From positions 42,918,090 through 42,982,089 of the forward strand of contig JASCQW010000099.1 of NCBI GenBank assembly GCA_030264375.1: 64,000 nucleotides of DNA. Reading direction: 5' to 3'. The notes below the pieces were generated by a model. It was not told the origin of the DNA and ran no database searches. It saw nothing but the letters and a program-made list of their open reading frames with translations. The number at the start of each line of letters is the position of its first letter. The stretch's first letter is position 1. This document shows, piece by piece, positions 13,042 to 24,589 of the stretch. Position numbers and translations under genes: made by a program. This DNA is from Carcharhinus longimanus. Taxonomy: Eukaryota.

Positions 13042-14655
13042 ATGAATCTGACCCTGAGAACCTCACCTGCAGCAGGCCCAAGCTTTCTAAATACAGTCAA
13101 CACCTCAGCAGCCTGGCTCACCAGTAATGCCACAGTGGCAGATCTCCAGAAGCTCATCCACACAACCACCCTTGCTACATGCTCCCTTCTGCTGGTACTT
13201 ATATTCTGCCTGGGCACATATGGCAACTTAATTGTCTTCTTGTCCTTCTTTGATCCAGCAATTCGGAAATTCCGGACTAACTTTGACTTTATGATCCTGA
13301 ACCTTTCCTTTTGTGACCTATTCCTCTGCTGTGTGACAACTCCCATGTTTGCTTTCATTTTGGTTTTTGATTCTGACAGTAATGTCTCTGAGGCATTCTG
13401 CTTCACCTTTCACCTCACCAGTGCTGGGTTCATCATAATGTCCCTCAAATCTGTGGCAGTGATAGCGCTCCATCGTCTGCGGATGGTACTGGGCCAGCAA
13501 CCAAACAGGACAGCTTCCTTTCCCTGCACACTTATCCTAACCATCAGTCTGTGGACCATAAGTTTTACTCTGGCTACTCTTGCTACCATCAGGACATATC
13601 CAGAGAGATCCAGAGTATGTGTTCCCCTGTTTGGATGCATGAATAGCGATGGTAAAGTTGTACTATATCTCTATGTCATAGATTTTGCATTTTGTGTGGC
13701 CACTGTGTCAGTCTCCTATGTGATGATTGCCTACGCACTGAAGAAAAATGCACAAATGAGGAAATGTACCATCATTACAGTTGATGCATCAAGACCCAAG
13801 GCCCTCATTAGCACAGGGATTGACAGTGTGCAGCCACAGCCCCTTTACCGCAATCAGGATTACAACAAACTGCAACATGTGCAAACACATGCCTATAGCA
13901 AAACGCTTACCCATGTCCAGACAAATAGGTTGCAATTTATGTCTTCAGTGAACCTTTCTGGCACAAAGGATTCGAAGGCTGTGGTGACATGTGTTATCAT
14001 TGTACTCTCAGTATTCATTTGCTGCGTGCCATTGGGAATCTCCTTCATACAAGATGTTTTGACACCTCGGAGCAGTTTTATTTTAAATCAGTTTAAACTG
14101 TGTGGTTTCACATTAATATTCTTTAAATCAGGACTAAATCCATTTATATACTCACGCAACAGTGCTGGACTCAGGAAAAGAATTCTCTGGTGTACTCAGT
14201 ATGTGGCCCTGGGCTGCTTGTGTTGCAAGCATAAGACCCAGTTGCGAGCAGTCGGCAAAGGGAGCCTAAATGTGAATCGAAACAAATCATCTCATCATGA
14301 AACAAATTCAGCTTATATGCTGTCGCCTAAGCCACAGAGGAAGTTGGTGGACCAGGCTTGTGGACCCAGTCATTCAGGAGACAGTATGTTAAGTCCCAAA
14401 ATGTCAACTGGCCATCAGCATTGTGCACAGAGTAACTCAACACCCATCAACACAAGGAATGAGCCTTACTACAACATTTACAACAGCAGTCCTTCCCAGG
14501 AAGCAAGCACTCCGAACAGTTTGCAACCAGCAAACCCTACCTGTGGATTTGCCAAATCGCACATTGCCATGCATCACCATATGGCAAAAATACCAGATTT
14601 TGTGCAGGAGTACGATAATACCTCCACCAAGCAGATACCGGTCCCATCAATTTAA
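13042..14655 (+). CDS. GPR75: G protein-coupled receptor 75 (class A), 537 aa, single coding exon
   Basis: Seven hydrophobic segments and GPR75-specific strings [41 protein letters not shown] (HRL in place of DRY), [38 protein letters not shown] and C-terminal [14 protein letters not shown] at 14861 and 15002. Confidence 0.97.
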   Translation: MNLTLRTSPAAGPSFLNTVNTSAAWLTSNATVADLQKLIHTTTLATCSLLLVLIFCLGTYGNLIVFLSFFDPAIRKFRTNFDFMILNLSFCDLFLCCVTTPMFAFILVFDSDSNVSEAFCFTFHLTSAGFIIMSLKSVAVIALHRLRMVLGQQPNRTASFPCTLILTISLWTISFTLATLATIRTYPERSRVCVPLFGCMNSDGKVVLYLYVIDFAFCVATVSVSYVMIAYALKKNAQMRKCTIITVDASRPKALISTGIDSVQPQPLYRNQDYNKLQHVQTHAYSKTLTHVQTNRLQFMSSVNLSGTKDSKAVVTCVIIVLSVFICCVPLGISFIQDVLTPRSSFILNQFKLCGFTLIFFKSGLNPFIYSRNSAGLRKRILWCTQYVALGCLCCKHKTQLRAVGKGSLNVNRNKSSHHETNSAYMLSPKPQRKLVDQACGPSHSGDSMLSPKMSTGHQHCAQSNSTPINTRNEPYYNIYNSSPSQEASTPNSLQPANPTCGFAKSHIAMHHHMAKIPDFVQEYDNTSTKQIPVPSI

Positions 14656-15095
14656 CAATGTGATTATTATAGAACATCACAGCAAAGGAGAAGATCATTC
14701 ACTCCATTATGTCTGTATAAGACTGTCAGCTGTTTTGTTCCTTATTTACATGAACACCAACAAACTACACTTATTGAACATTACAAGGCAGGAACTTTAA
14801 ATACCGCACCCATAAACCTCTATTTGTATAACATTTTGGTAAAATGCGTTACTTGATTTTAATAAATTCCAATGCAAGAATGTATGCATTATTTAAAATG
14901 TATGTAATTTGTTGAATTGATATCCAATAGAGTTCAGTCTGGCTTTTGCATCACTGTTTTGGAAATACAGCTCAGTTCTAACCATGTCAACTTATTTCTG
15001 CAATAAAGTTGTTTGACTTTCTTGAAGTTATTTTCACTTATTCAGACTAAAACGAAATTGCATCTGCAGCAATCAGCATTCCTTTAAACAAAAAC

Positions 15096-15250
15096 AAAGT
15101 ACTGTGGACGCTGGACATCTAAGATAAAGCAGAGAATGCTTGAAATGCCCTGCAGCTCCAGCAGGATTTGTGGAGAGACAAACAGAGTTTAAATCTCAGG
15201 TTAGTGACCGATGGGTCTGCTGCCTGAAACATTGAGCAGAACTTTGTCTC
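15096..15250. repeat. Shark palindromic interspersed repeat (Penelope pLTR-like), degenerate
   Basis: Similar to 28386-28688, 39335-39540 and 47430-47640. Confidence 0.5.
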
Positions 15251-15896
15251 TGCCGGAACAGGTACCCAAGTAACTAATTTACATGCCTTGTGGTTGTTCT
15301 TCCCCAGTGCAACATAATCACTAGATCGTGGCTCCATTTTTCATGTCAAAGACAGGTTCCCCCTTCCAAAATGGAAATAGTGCCCCACCCTGCTGACCAG
15401 GTAAGCATCACCAACCCCTCAGCAGAGAAGGGGCATCTTCCCCCTCACCACTAAAAAAATGGGCCACCCTATTCCCACACAATGCAGGCAGGAGGGAGAT
15501 CCAACCCGACTATCCTTTCACTCCCCCAATACCAGGTTCCCACTCAGCCCCCTCCTCCTTCAGATCCGTCCCCTTTCAGAGCCCCACTCAATCCCCCCAG
15601 TCCCAGCTCAGGCCCCCCTTCAGGCCAGATACCATGGTAGTGCCAATGGTGCATTGCCCTGAAACCCTGGCCTGGCATCCTGAGCCTTGAGGTGGGGGGG
15701 GGAGTCAAGGAGGAAGGTCCAGAGACTTTTTGCTCCTCTGCTACTGCCAGACTGCAGAGGGAGGGTCCCTTGAGGATCCTGGGGAGTTGCATTAGCTGGG
15801 GACAAGGGGTTGATCTTTGCACTGTCCCCTGGGATGGGGGTCTTGTGACGACTGTCTCTTCTAGGCCTGGTAGAACAGAAGATTACTCCTGACATG

Positions 15897-16205
15897 GGTG
15901 GCGTGGTAGCACAGTAGTTAGCACTGCAGCCTGACAGTGCCAGGTACCTCGGTTCGATTCCCAAGTTGGGTGACTGTGTGGAGTTTGCACATTCTCCCTG
16001 TGTNNNNNNNNNNNNNNNNNNNNNNNNNNNNNNNNNNNNNNNNNNNNNNNNNNNNNNNNNNNNNNNNNNNNNNNNNNNNNNNNNNNNNNNNNNNAAAGTC
16101 CCCCTCAGTGTATCCGAAGGCGCCCGAGTGTGGTGACTAGGGGATTTTCACAGTAACTTCATTGCAGTGTTAATGTAAGCCTGCTTGTGACACTGATAAA
16201 TAAAA
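15897..16205 (+). mobile_element. V-SINE variant with an alternative 3' tail (spans an N gap)
   Basis: tRNA-like head ggtagcacagtagttagcactgc; tail gtgactaggggattttcacagtaacttcattgcagtgttaatgtaagcc...aataaa. Confidence 0.75.
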
Positions 16206-17629
16206 TTTCAGACAGCTCTGCGATCAACATCTTCAATTCAACCTGTCAGCTGTGAAAACTTTGAAGTGGCCTGGTCACTTTAACCCCCATGCGCTCCAGA
16301 CAGCTGGCAGGCTAAAAATTGAATTCATTGAAGACAATCTTACTGGGTCGTCATGCCAGTTGATTGGTGTGGTGAGCTAGTAAGATCGTGAGAGAGGCAA
16401 AAAAAAGGTTCACGCCCAATTTCTCACCTCTTGCAATGATATCGACACTAGATTGCCAGTGTCGTCAGCCTTATGCCTGGGAAGGGCACAAGGCTGGTTC
16501 AAATATTGAAATCTAATATGTCATTAGTGAGCCCGGGATAGAATTGTCCAGACTCACTTGCCTTAACGGCCTCACTGGTGAAGGTCCTCACTGACGAGGA
16601 TCAGGTATAGTCCCCAGCAAGAGGGACCTAATATAATGGCCTCGCTGGTGGATCTAGAGGCCATTGAGGCCCCCAGAATAGTTGGAGGCAGGGGTGCAGT
16701 GCCCCTTGGGCAGTGCCAGTCCGGAGTCCTGATAGTGCTGGACTATCGCCCTGGCACGGCTCACCAGACACCCTGGCACTGCTCACTGAATACTGGGCAG
16801 TTCCAAGAGATGGGGCCTAAAGGAAGGAGTTGGAGCCTAAGAGGAGGACGCAGGTCCAGAAGGGGAGGCTGCATGTGGGGAGCTACACACTCTGCAAGCG
16901 GGGATTGCCAGGGCAGTGATCTACTAGGGCGGGGTGAATGGGGCAGCAATTGACCAAGGAAGTAAACGCGGGTGGCAATCGGCCTGAGCGGGGTGGGGCG
17001 AACAGAGGTGGTGATCGGCTGGGGGAGGTGAACAGCGGCTGTGATCGGCTGGGGAGCTAAATCCCAGCCGCAATTGGCGGGATGGGGGGGGAGGCTCTGA
17101 TCGGTAGAGCGGTGAATGGGGGCCACGATCAGCAGGGGTGGGGCGTGTCAGATTCACAGTGTACTGGGAGGTCAGGTGCAATGGCACCCTCTAGCAGCCA
17201 TCAGCCAACCTCCAAGTGTAAATATGTTCTGTCCACTCCCCCTACTGGCAAGAATCACACTATCTAATTCTTTTCTCTGTGTGGCACAAGATGTGAATTT
17301 TTCCCTCATTGAAAAATGTGTGAAATTCTCTCCTGTTTTCAAGCTTGTTTGGCACTTCGTTTTTTTCGGTAAGATTGCCACCGTTGTGTCTCTCATGGAT
17401 GTACTTGAAGTATCCTTGAGTAATTATCTGATCAGAAACTAGTCAATGACTGGGAAATAGTCATTACCATGGATAGTGAGTAAATCCGTTGTGATTTCAG
17501 CTCAAGACCAAAGATGTGTGGGTTAGGTTGATTGGCCATGCTGAATTGCCCCTTAGTGTCAGGGGGAATTTGCAGGGTAAACACATGGGGTTACGGGGAG
17601 AGGGCACTGCAGGGATTCTATGATTCTAA

Positions 17630-19450
17630 GAGCATAATGGAATTTTATTGGACTGTAAATGTTCTTTGGGTTGATGTGGCTGGTGTCTCTGGCATGCTTC
17701 GCACATTCTCACTGACTTCTTGATATCATTGTTGATCCCTGGCCAATATACAGCATATCTAATGGCAAATTGCTGCAGAGACTGAAATCTGAAACTAAAA
17801 CAGAAAACACTGGAAAATCTCAGCAAAGTGGGGCAGCATGGTGGCAGAGTGATTAACACAGTGCCAGGGACCCGGGTTCAATTCCAGTTCGAGTCACTGT
17901 CTGTGTGGAGTTTGCAAAGTCTCCCTGTGCCTGCATGGATTTTCTCCAGGTTTCTTTCCACAGTCCAAAGACGTATGGGTTAGGTTGATTGGTGATGCTA
18001 AGTTCCCCCTTAGTGCCAAGGGGATTATAAGGGTACATATGTGGGGTTATGGGGATAGGGCCTGGGTGGGATTGTTGTTGTTGCAGGCTTGATGGGCCAA
18101 ACGGCCGCCTTCTGCTCTGTAGGGACTCTATGATCCTCAAGCTAAGTCTGACAGCATCTACGGAGCCAGAATACAGCCAACGTTTTGAGTCTTGATGAAC
18201 CTTTATTGGAGCTCAGTATACAGTATACAATATACCTAGCCAGGTACCTTGTTTCCTCTATGTCTATATGCCCTTGTTAACTGGTTGTCCTGGCAAAGAG
18301 TTTTGGGTACAAGCACTTACTTTTCGTTCAAAAATCACATCTCTTGAAATACCCAGTTCATCACTATACAGCCAAAATCATCTGAGGGTTTTGGGCATTT
18401 CTTGTATCATTCTGCAATGATCCTCCATGATGCCTTCAGTCATGAATCATTTGCTGTTCCCTCCTGAAGTTAGTTGCAGTGTGTTGACCAGAAGTCATCA
18501 GCTCGACCTTGAGTATGTCTTCTGTGCCATGTCCGCACCACTTAGAGACATGTGCAGTTATTCTCAGATTGGGTAACCTGCTCAGTGTGTCTAAAGTAAC
18601 CACCACGTTTATAATGGATTTCAAAGTTATAGCTGTGTATTTTGATCAGATGTTGTTGTAGTCTGGATGTTGCTCTTATCAGCGGCCAAATCAATTCCAA
18701 TGATTTGTGGTCAGTTTCCACAATGAATCATTTACTAAATAGAAATATGTGGAACATTATGATACCAAATATCATAGTGTCTCATACTTCATGTTTGAAT
18801 AATTGGATTGCACTTTTGATAGGCATTTGGAATCAACTGCAATTGTTTTGCCATCTTGCATAATATACACTCCTAATCCTTTTTTTAGATGTGTCGACTT
18901 CTAAAATTGTCTCCTTTCTTCGGTTGTAGTATTGTAAATAATGCATCTCTCTTGACAATGCCTATTTAAATGACTCAGACATGACTTGATGGTCCATCTG
19001 CCATACACATGGAATATACTTCCTCAACAGCTTTTTAAGTGATAATTACTCTATCGGCAAAGTAGGGTGCATGGTGCTAAGAAATTGAAAAATCTGAGGC
19101 ATCTCTGCAAGTCGTCTTTGTCTGGGCGAGTTAGCACGGGTTGTACATCTTTGCCTGGGTCAAAATGAATCCTGGAGCTTGAGTATATGGAACAAAAAAA
19201 GTTAATCTGACCCTCAATCACCTGGCATTTCTTACTGTTCGAAACAAGTCCTTCATGATGAGCTGTTGCCATCAGTGAGTGCAAATTCTGGTCATACTCA
19301 TCTTTGGTTTTGCTCATCACCACAATATCATCAATGAAGCATACTCATGTGGGGATACTTTCTGTAATTTTGCCCATTTGCTGCTGGAACAGATGCTGAT
19401 TGATGAATAAACCAAAGGATAATCTCTGGAAGGAAGCAGTGTCTTCAGAA
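17630..19450 (-). mobile_element. Degenerate Gypsy-like LTR retrotransposon pol fragment (RT, RNase H, integrase zinc finger)
   Basis: Minus-strand motifs FIDDIVV (RT, about 19330), LEVDTSKK and FIVETDHKSLE (RNase H), QGHIDIEETRYLAR and YAVYWPGINNDIKKSVRMCEACQ (integrase HHCC). Interrupted by insertions at about 17770-18215. Confidence 0.8.
17831..18135 (+). mobile_element. HE1-type V-SINE nested in a palindromic repeat inside the Gypsy fragment
   Basis: gggcagcatggtggcagagtgattaacac ... ctgctctgtagggactctatgat. Confidence 0.85.
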
Positions 19451-21090
19451 TGGTGACCACTATGGGACATGAGGCTATTAAACGTCTATTATAAAAGAGA
19501 GAACTTTCTTCAAAGTTCCTGCAAGTAAAAGTGGAAGTTGACTTTGCCAGTCACTATAAACTAGTATCATTCACTATTTTATTTGTACTTCTCATCCATG
19601 CTGTAGTACCAAGTTTTTGCTTCCAGTGCATGCATTTTGTAAAATAATGTAAAATATTAACTTCTGTTTAAAATGTTATTACAAAAATAGGCACAAATAA
19701 TAAAGTACATTTTGGAGGTGTTAAATGGAAAGAGAGACTAGGTCTGATTACTCACTACATTTATTTAATAAAATTTATGCAGTGTTAAAATGTTTGAACT
19801 CGCCATGGAATGGATGTCATTTATCCACTTTTGCCATCCAGTATAATTGTACAACAGCTCTAGCAGTTACTAAGAGATTCTAAGTGAATCTCCCATGTAA
19901 GAATATCACCATAAACATCATGATTGGAAAAAATGTCACTAATTCTCATCAGTTTAACACAACAACAATTTCAAAAGGAAAGCTCTCTATTTGACTGAGC
20001 TGCTCAACGTTCACAATACAGACAACACAAGAGCCCAAATTCTTGTTACTATGGTAATGACTGAGATTATAGATTTTAATGCAATCTTATGTAGTGCTGC
20101 TTTATTTTATTCCAAAAAATATTAAATGCATCATTAAGAATAACATGGAATGATAGAGCTGTACTTCATGTTTTAAATGATTATGGAATTAATTTATTTT
20201 CTGACAGATCCAACTTAAAGTGGAAAAACATCCTGAGCACCAATAAGCTATGATGTCTTGTGCACATTTTATAGAGATTCAAACCATGATTCTCCAACCT
20301 TGCATGTGGCTGGGATAATCTGGTTCTGCCCCTGCGAACGGAGATTTGGCCGAGCATCAAATTCTCCATTCTCACTGGCAGCGGTAGCAGGGTGTGCAAG
20401 ACTGGAGAATTCCAGCCATTTTCTTTTTTCATCTTTTGGAGTACCAACCACGAGTTACCTAGCCTTTGCCTGGCCCAGATTTTGACTATCTAAGGCCATT
20501 GCAATCCTTACAGAATGAACATTGATTAGCCATAACATTTAGTCAGTTTTGAGCTGGTGGATTGTCAGTTTTGAATGACTGAGCATCCCATCTCCTGACA
20601 GATCGCTGAGGTTTAAGAAAAGAGGGAAATAATCTATTTAAAACAGATATGAAATAAAATTAGATTAGGTTGGTAGTTAAAAAAAGTTGTAAAGCTAAAA
20701 TAATCAAAATGAAAGAGTTATATGAAGAAGAGGAAAGTGGAAATAAAATGGCAAGTAAAATTTAAAAGCATATTTTGGTAAAGTTTGTAGTCAGAGCATC
20801 ACTTCTCAGCTGAATTGTAACAGATATTAGGGTGGAATTTTCCTGTCCTGCTGAAATTGAAACCAGGCCCAGGTGCTGTGAGGCAGCAATGCTAAACATT
20901 GTGCCAGCGTGTTGCCCATTGTTGTCACTTTTGGAGTTTCTTATTTATTAATTAAATTTTCCCCCTTAATTTGCTTATTTCCCTCACACTTCAAACAACA
21001 ATTAGAATGTTCTAAATACCATTTATACATTTATTTAATACAAATGTAATACAGCATTATATGGTATTGTATGGTGGGTAGGCTGTAAAT

Positions 21091-23080
21091 TCACAGCGTA
21101 ACCATAATTTGTATGACATCTTCTGGCAGAAGGGGAAACAATCTAGTTCTTGAGTTATGGCCATACTGAATTTTTGTACCATGGATCATTCTTCTCTGAA
21201 ACATTCCGATCAGCAATTCAATCTACATATTTTTCTGACTTGCTGATATATGTCTGGTTGATAAATCCTGGGGATAGCATCACTAACACAAAAGGGGCAG
21301 ATGCAATTTATGGTATATTTTGAGTTGGTGCCAGAGAAGTCAGAGTGGTAAGGTTGTATTAACTACAGAGTAGCTACAAATGTTTTGTAAAGGTAGTGGT
21401 TCCTTAATAGCCATTTTCCTAACATCAGTTAATTGCAGTGTGATTAATTATTCTCAGAGAATCAGCATTAGGACATTAATTTCACCATTGCTACATCGCT
21501 CTGCCTACTATATGCAGATGTAATGAAGAATGGCAAAACCTATATTTAGACATCACCTTTCATGATTTAGTGTTTTTGAGTTGTTTTTGTGACATAATGG
21601 AGGAAATGTTATATGGCAGTACAGGCTTCAGGGGCTGAAATGCTTACTCCTGTTCCTAATATGTAGGATGGATGGATTAGAGAGACTGAGCTAGATGGCC
21701 TTTATCATCTATCATTATCTTATGAATGGAGGCTGCAGCCATGGTTGGTGTCCTGTTTATTTTGTTACAGAGGTTTATTCTGAGCAAATTTTACAGGGTC
21801 AGATTTCCAGGAATGGACTGCCCGATGGGCTGATAGTGAATCAGTAACCTTTTCTACACTGCACATGATTATCAAGAGTTTTTTCTATTGAATTCATTCT
21901 TGTCCTTTTGCCTATTTACCTATTATCCCACTCTATCATAGCACGTTTATGAGTTGTTGAGGTATTGAAATATCATAATGAAGTTGTATTGCACAGTGTT
22001 CATTGAATATACATTATAGTGAGAAGTAGAGTCTTCAGACCTGCTTATCAAAAGAACACAAGTACACTTCTGAACCATTCAGTCTTTGTCCTGTGACCTC
22101 TTCAAAGTCATCACACAGAGACACCTGAAGGATCCAATGCTTCTCACTAACACAGAAAACAGAAGTTGTTTAATTATTCCACTTTGTTGCTCAAGAGTCA
22201 GTTTCTCTTTCTTTGTTGTGAGATAATAAGATAATTACAGCCTTGTCTGAAATAATTATATTGAATAATATAATGCATCCAGGCAGGAGAAAGTCTTCTA
22301 TTTCTCCTACAGAGTGAAAAAGATCTTGTGCAGTTTATCTGGGTTGCAAGTTTTGAATATTCTTCCCAAAAATGAATTTTCTGTCATCTTATCCATATGG
22401 TGCAATGTACAGAACATGTTAATGAGGGCTAAGGCAGTCACCAAAATTAGTGTTACTGCCTGCACGGTGTTATAAATTACTAATGGAATATTAATAATTT
22501 TGCCCAATGGTGTTCAATTAACATTTGTACTATCTGGTTTGTTTAATCGTCATGGTGGAATCACCTCTGGTGTGTAAACAAACCAACATTGCATTATATC
22601 AGTACTGCTCTTAATATCAATGCCTTTTACTGCATGTATAACCATATGCAAACAGTAGGTACTATCATTTTACTAGGACCTTTGTGTAATTGTTTGGTTT
22701 AATGATTGGTGAATTTTGAAAGGGTTAAATATATCCATGCACAATTAAGGGGGACGGTTGAGGGTGGGGTGGGAATAATGAACCCAGAAACAAGAGAACC
22801 TATGATTTCTCCCCTTGGCCCTGTTGTGAAAAATAGGAAATAGCCAGAAAAAGAAAGTGTGCTTTGAAGAAATCACTGACAGCAGTCCTAGGAACAATAA
22901 CACATTTTGCATTCTGTGTTTTTTAAGATAGCCCCGTGAGCATAATTGTTCTCCCTATGTCTCCCTGCAAATGTTTCTTCCCTTTAATAATGTATCTGGC
23001 ACTTCAATAAGCACAACTCTCCAACGTAATCCTTTGGTGCAGGCCCATGCACAGAGATGATCCTTTGGATTTCCTGCTGT
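21091..23080 (-). pseudogene. Candidate unassigned gene, probably decayed: intact terminal exon plus a large disrupted upstream exon
   Basis: Terminal exon 21222-21091 (atatgtag|IELLIGMFQRRMIHGTKIQYGHNSRTRLFPLLPEDVIQIMVTL-TGA) with AATAAA at 21035-21030. It joins in phase 0 to ...VSLCDDFEEVTGQRLNGSEVYLCSFDKQ|gtctga ending at 22041. The upstream frame contains stops. Confidence 0.45.
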
Positions 23081-24589
23081 CTAAAATAATGAGCTGCTCA
23101 TTAGCATCCAGAATGTGCTGTCAAAATAGTTTGAAGCTCTCACTGGTGATTATTAGACAATGCAATTACTATAATGTAAACACTGGGTGAAGATTCATCT
23201 CATCATTTCATACATTTATTCCCAGCAATCCTGAGCTATCCTCCCTGTATCTTTTTAGTTTCCTTTTGTCATAACATTTATATTTCTTTGCATCTGCATT
23301 TTATGAAACCCAAGCTTGTTGGACGCAGAGATTGGGAATTCCAAATCCCTGACAAACCTCTGACTTCCTACCCACATGCAGACCTGGAGTGGGCTGTACG
23401 TACTCAATTCAGCGGGTCTGAGTCTTTAAGTACTTTGGACCCAGGATAAATCCAGTGTGCCTGTGCATAAAGAGAGAGAAATGGAAAATGGTGCCAAAAC
23501 CTGGATGTGGTGACAGGCAGCAGAAATTCCATAAAGACTATTGCCCCAAGCAGGGGACAGGGAGAGGGTGCAGGGTGAGATTCCAAAAAGAGGAGAGCAG
23601 ACTGAGAGATATCCCGAAAGGAAGTCTCAAATCGGGGACAGAATCAGGTCATAGTTAAGGTAATAGAAAGGAGCAGAGAAACAGGCTCCAACGGGAAAAG
23701 GGCTGCGGAGAAAAAGTGGTGACAAGATTGTGACACTGTGAGATGGGCTGTCCCTGATAATTGAAAAAAGCTCAAGGGAAGCCATGAAAATCTAAGGAAC
23801 AGCTGAAGGTTGGTAACTCCATGCTGTGGGTTATTGCAGCAAAGGTATCCCTTTGGAACAGCAGTGTTCTGCTCAACATGGCTGAAGATCTGAAATTGTA
23901 TTTGTGATTTGGTGCTTAAGTGCACACTAGGGACTCCAGGAAAACAGAATCTTGGGAGGCAAGATAAAAATGCTACAAGGTGAGCCGCCATTGAATCTAT
24001 GCAGGTTGGAGTGACTAGAGAGAATTCCAAGGCGAGATACAAGAACAAAGAACAGTATAGCACAGGAACAGGCCCTTCAGCCCTCCAAGCCTGCACTGAT
24101 CACGTTTACCTATCTAGACCAACTGCTTATATGCCTCCATTGCCTGTTTGTTCATATAACTTCAAAGTTAAAGATTGGAATCCTTCGTGAGAGAAAAAGT
24201 TTCTGTGAGATTGATTGACTCGATATGAGTAATGTCTGGGTGGGTTGTGGTGCAATCCATGGACTCTATCTTGGTTGCAACTGCTATTTACTGTGATGCT
24301 GAATTCAGACAGAGCTCATTTTTGCTGCAGCAAGGGCCTTATCATGCAATTGGGAGCCACACATTTATGGAGATGTAACTGCTCATAAAGGGTGGATAAG
24401 GTGTGTAGAATGGATAAGCTGTCAAGTTGTTTAAAGCTCCAATCCTTTAAAAATTATAAAAATTCACCTGCCTGTGTCAGAGTTGAAAACTTATGTTCCA
24501 ACAGTTGCAATGGCTGTTTGTTGACCTGATTCCAAGGGTTATCATGATATCATTATTAACTGTTGGCTGTTTTCCACAACCTACAATTA

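Noticed and set aside
12915-13640. Minus-strand ORFs overlapping GPR75
   Set aside because: Antisense shadows of the GPR75 CDS with no recognisable protein features.
15350-17400. GC-rich ORF cluster downstream of GPR75
   Set aside because: Low-complexity GC-rich interspersed repeat sequence (gatcggctgggg units) with no coherent coding signal.
20181-20610. Overlapping short ORFs and a possible exon (AICQEMGC)
   Set aside because: The core 20300-20415 looks like a short shark interspersed repeat, and no consistent splice or frame link was found.
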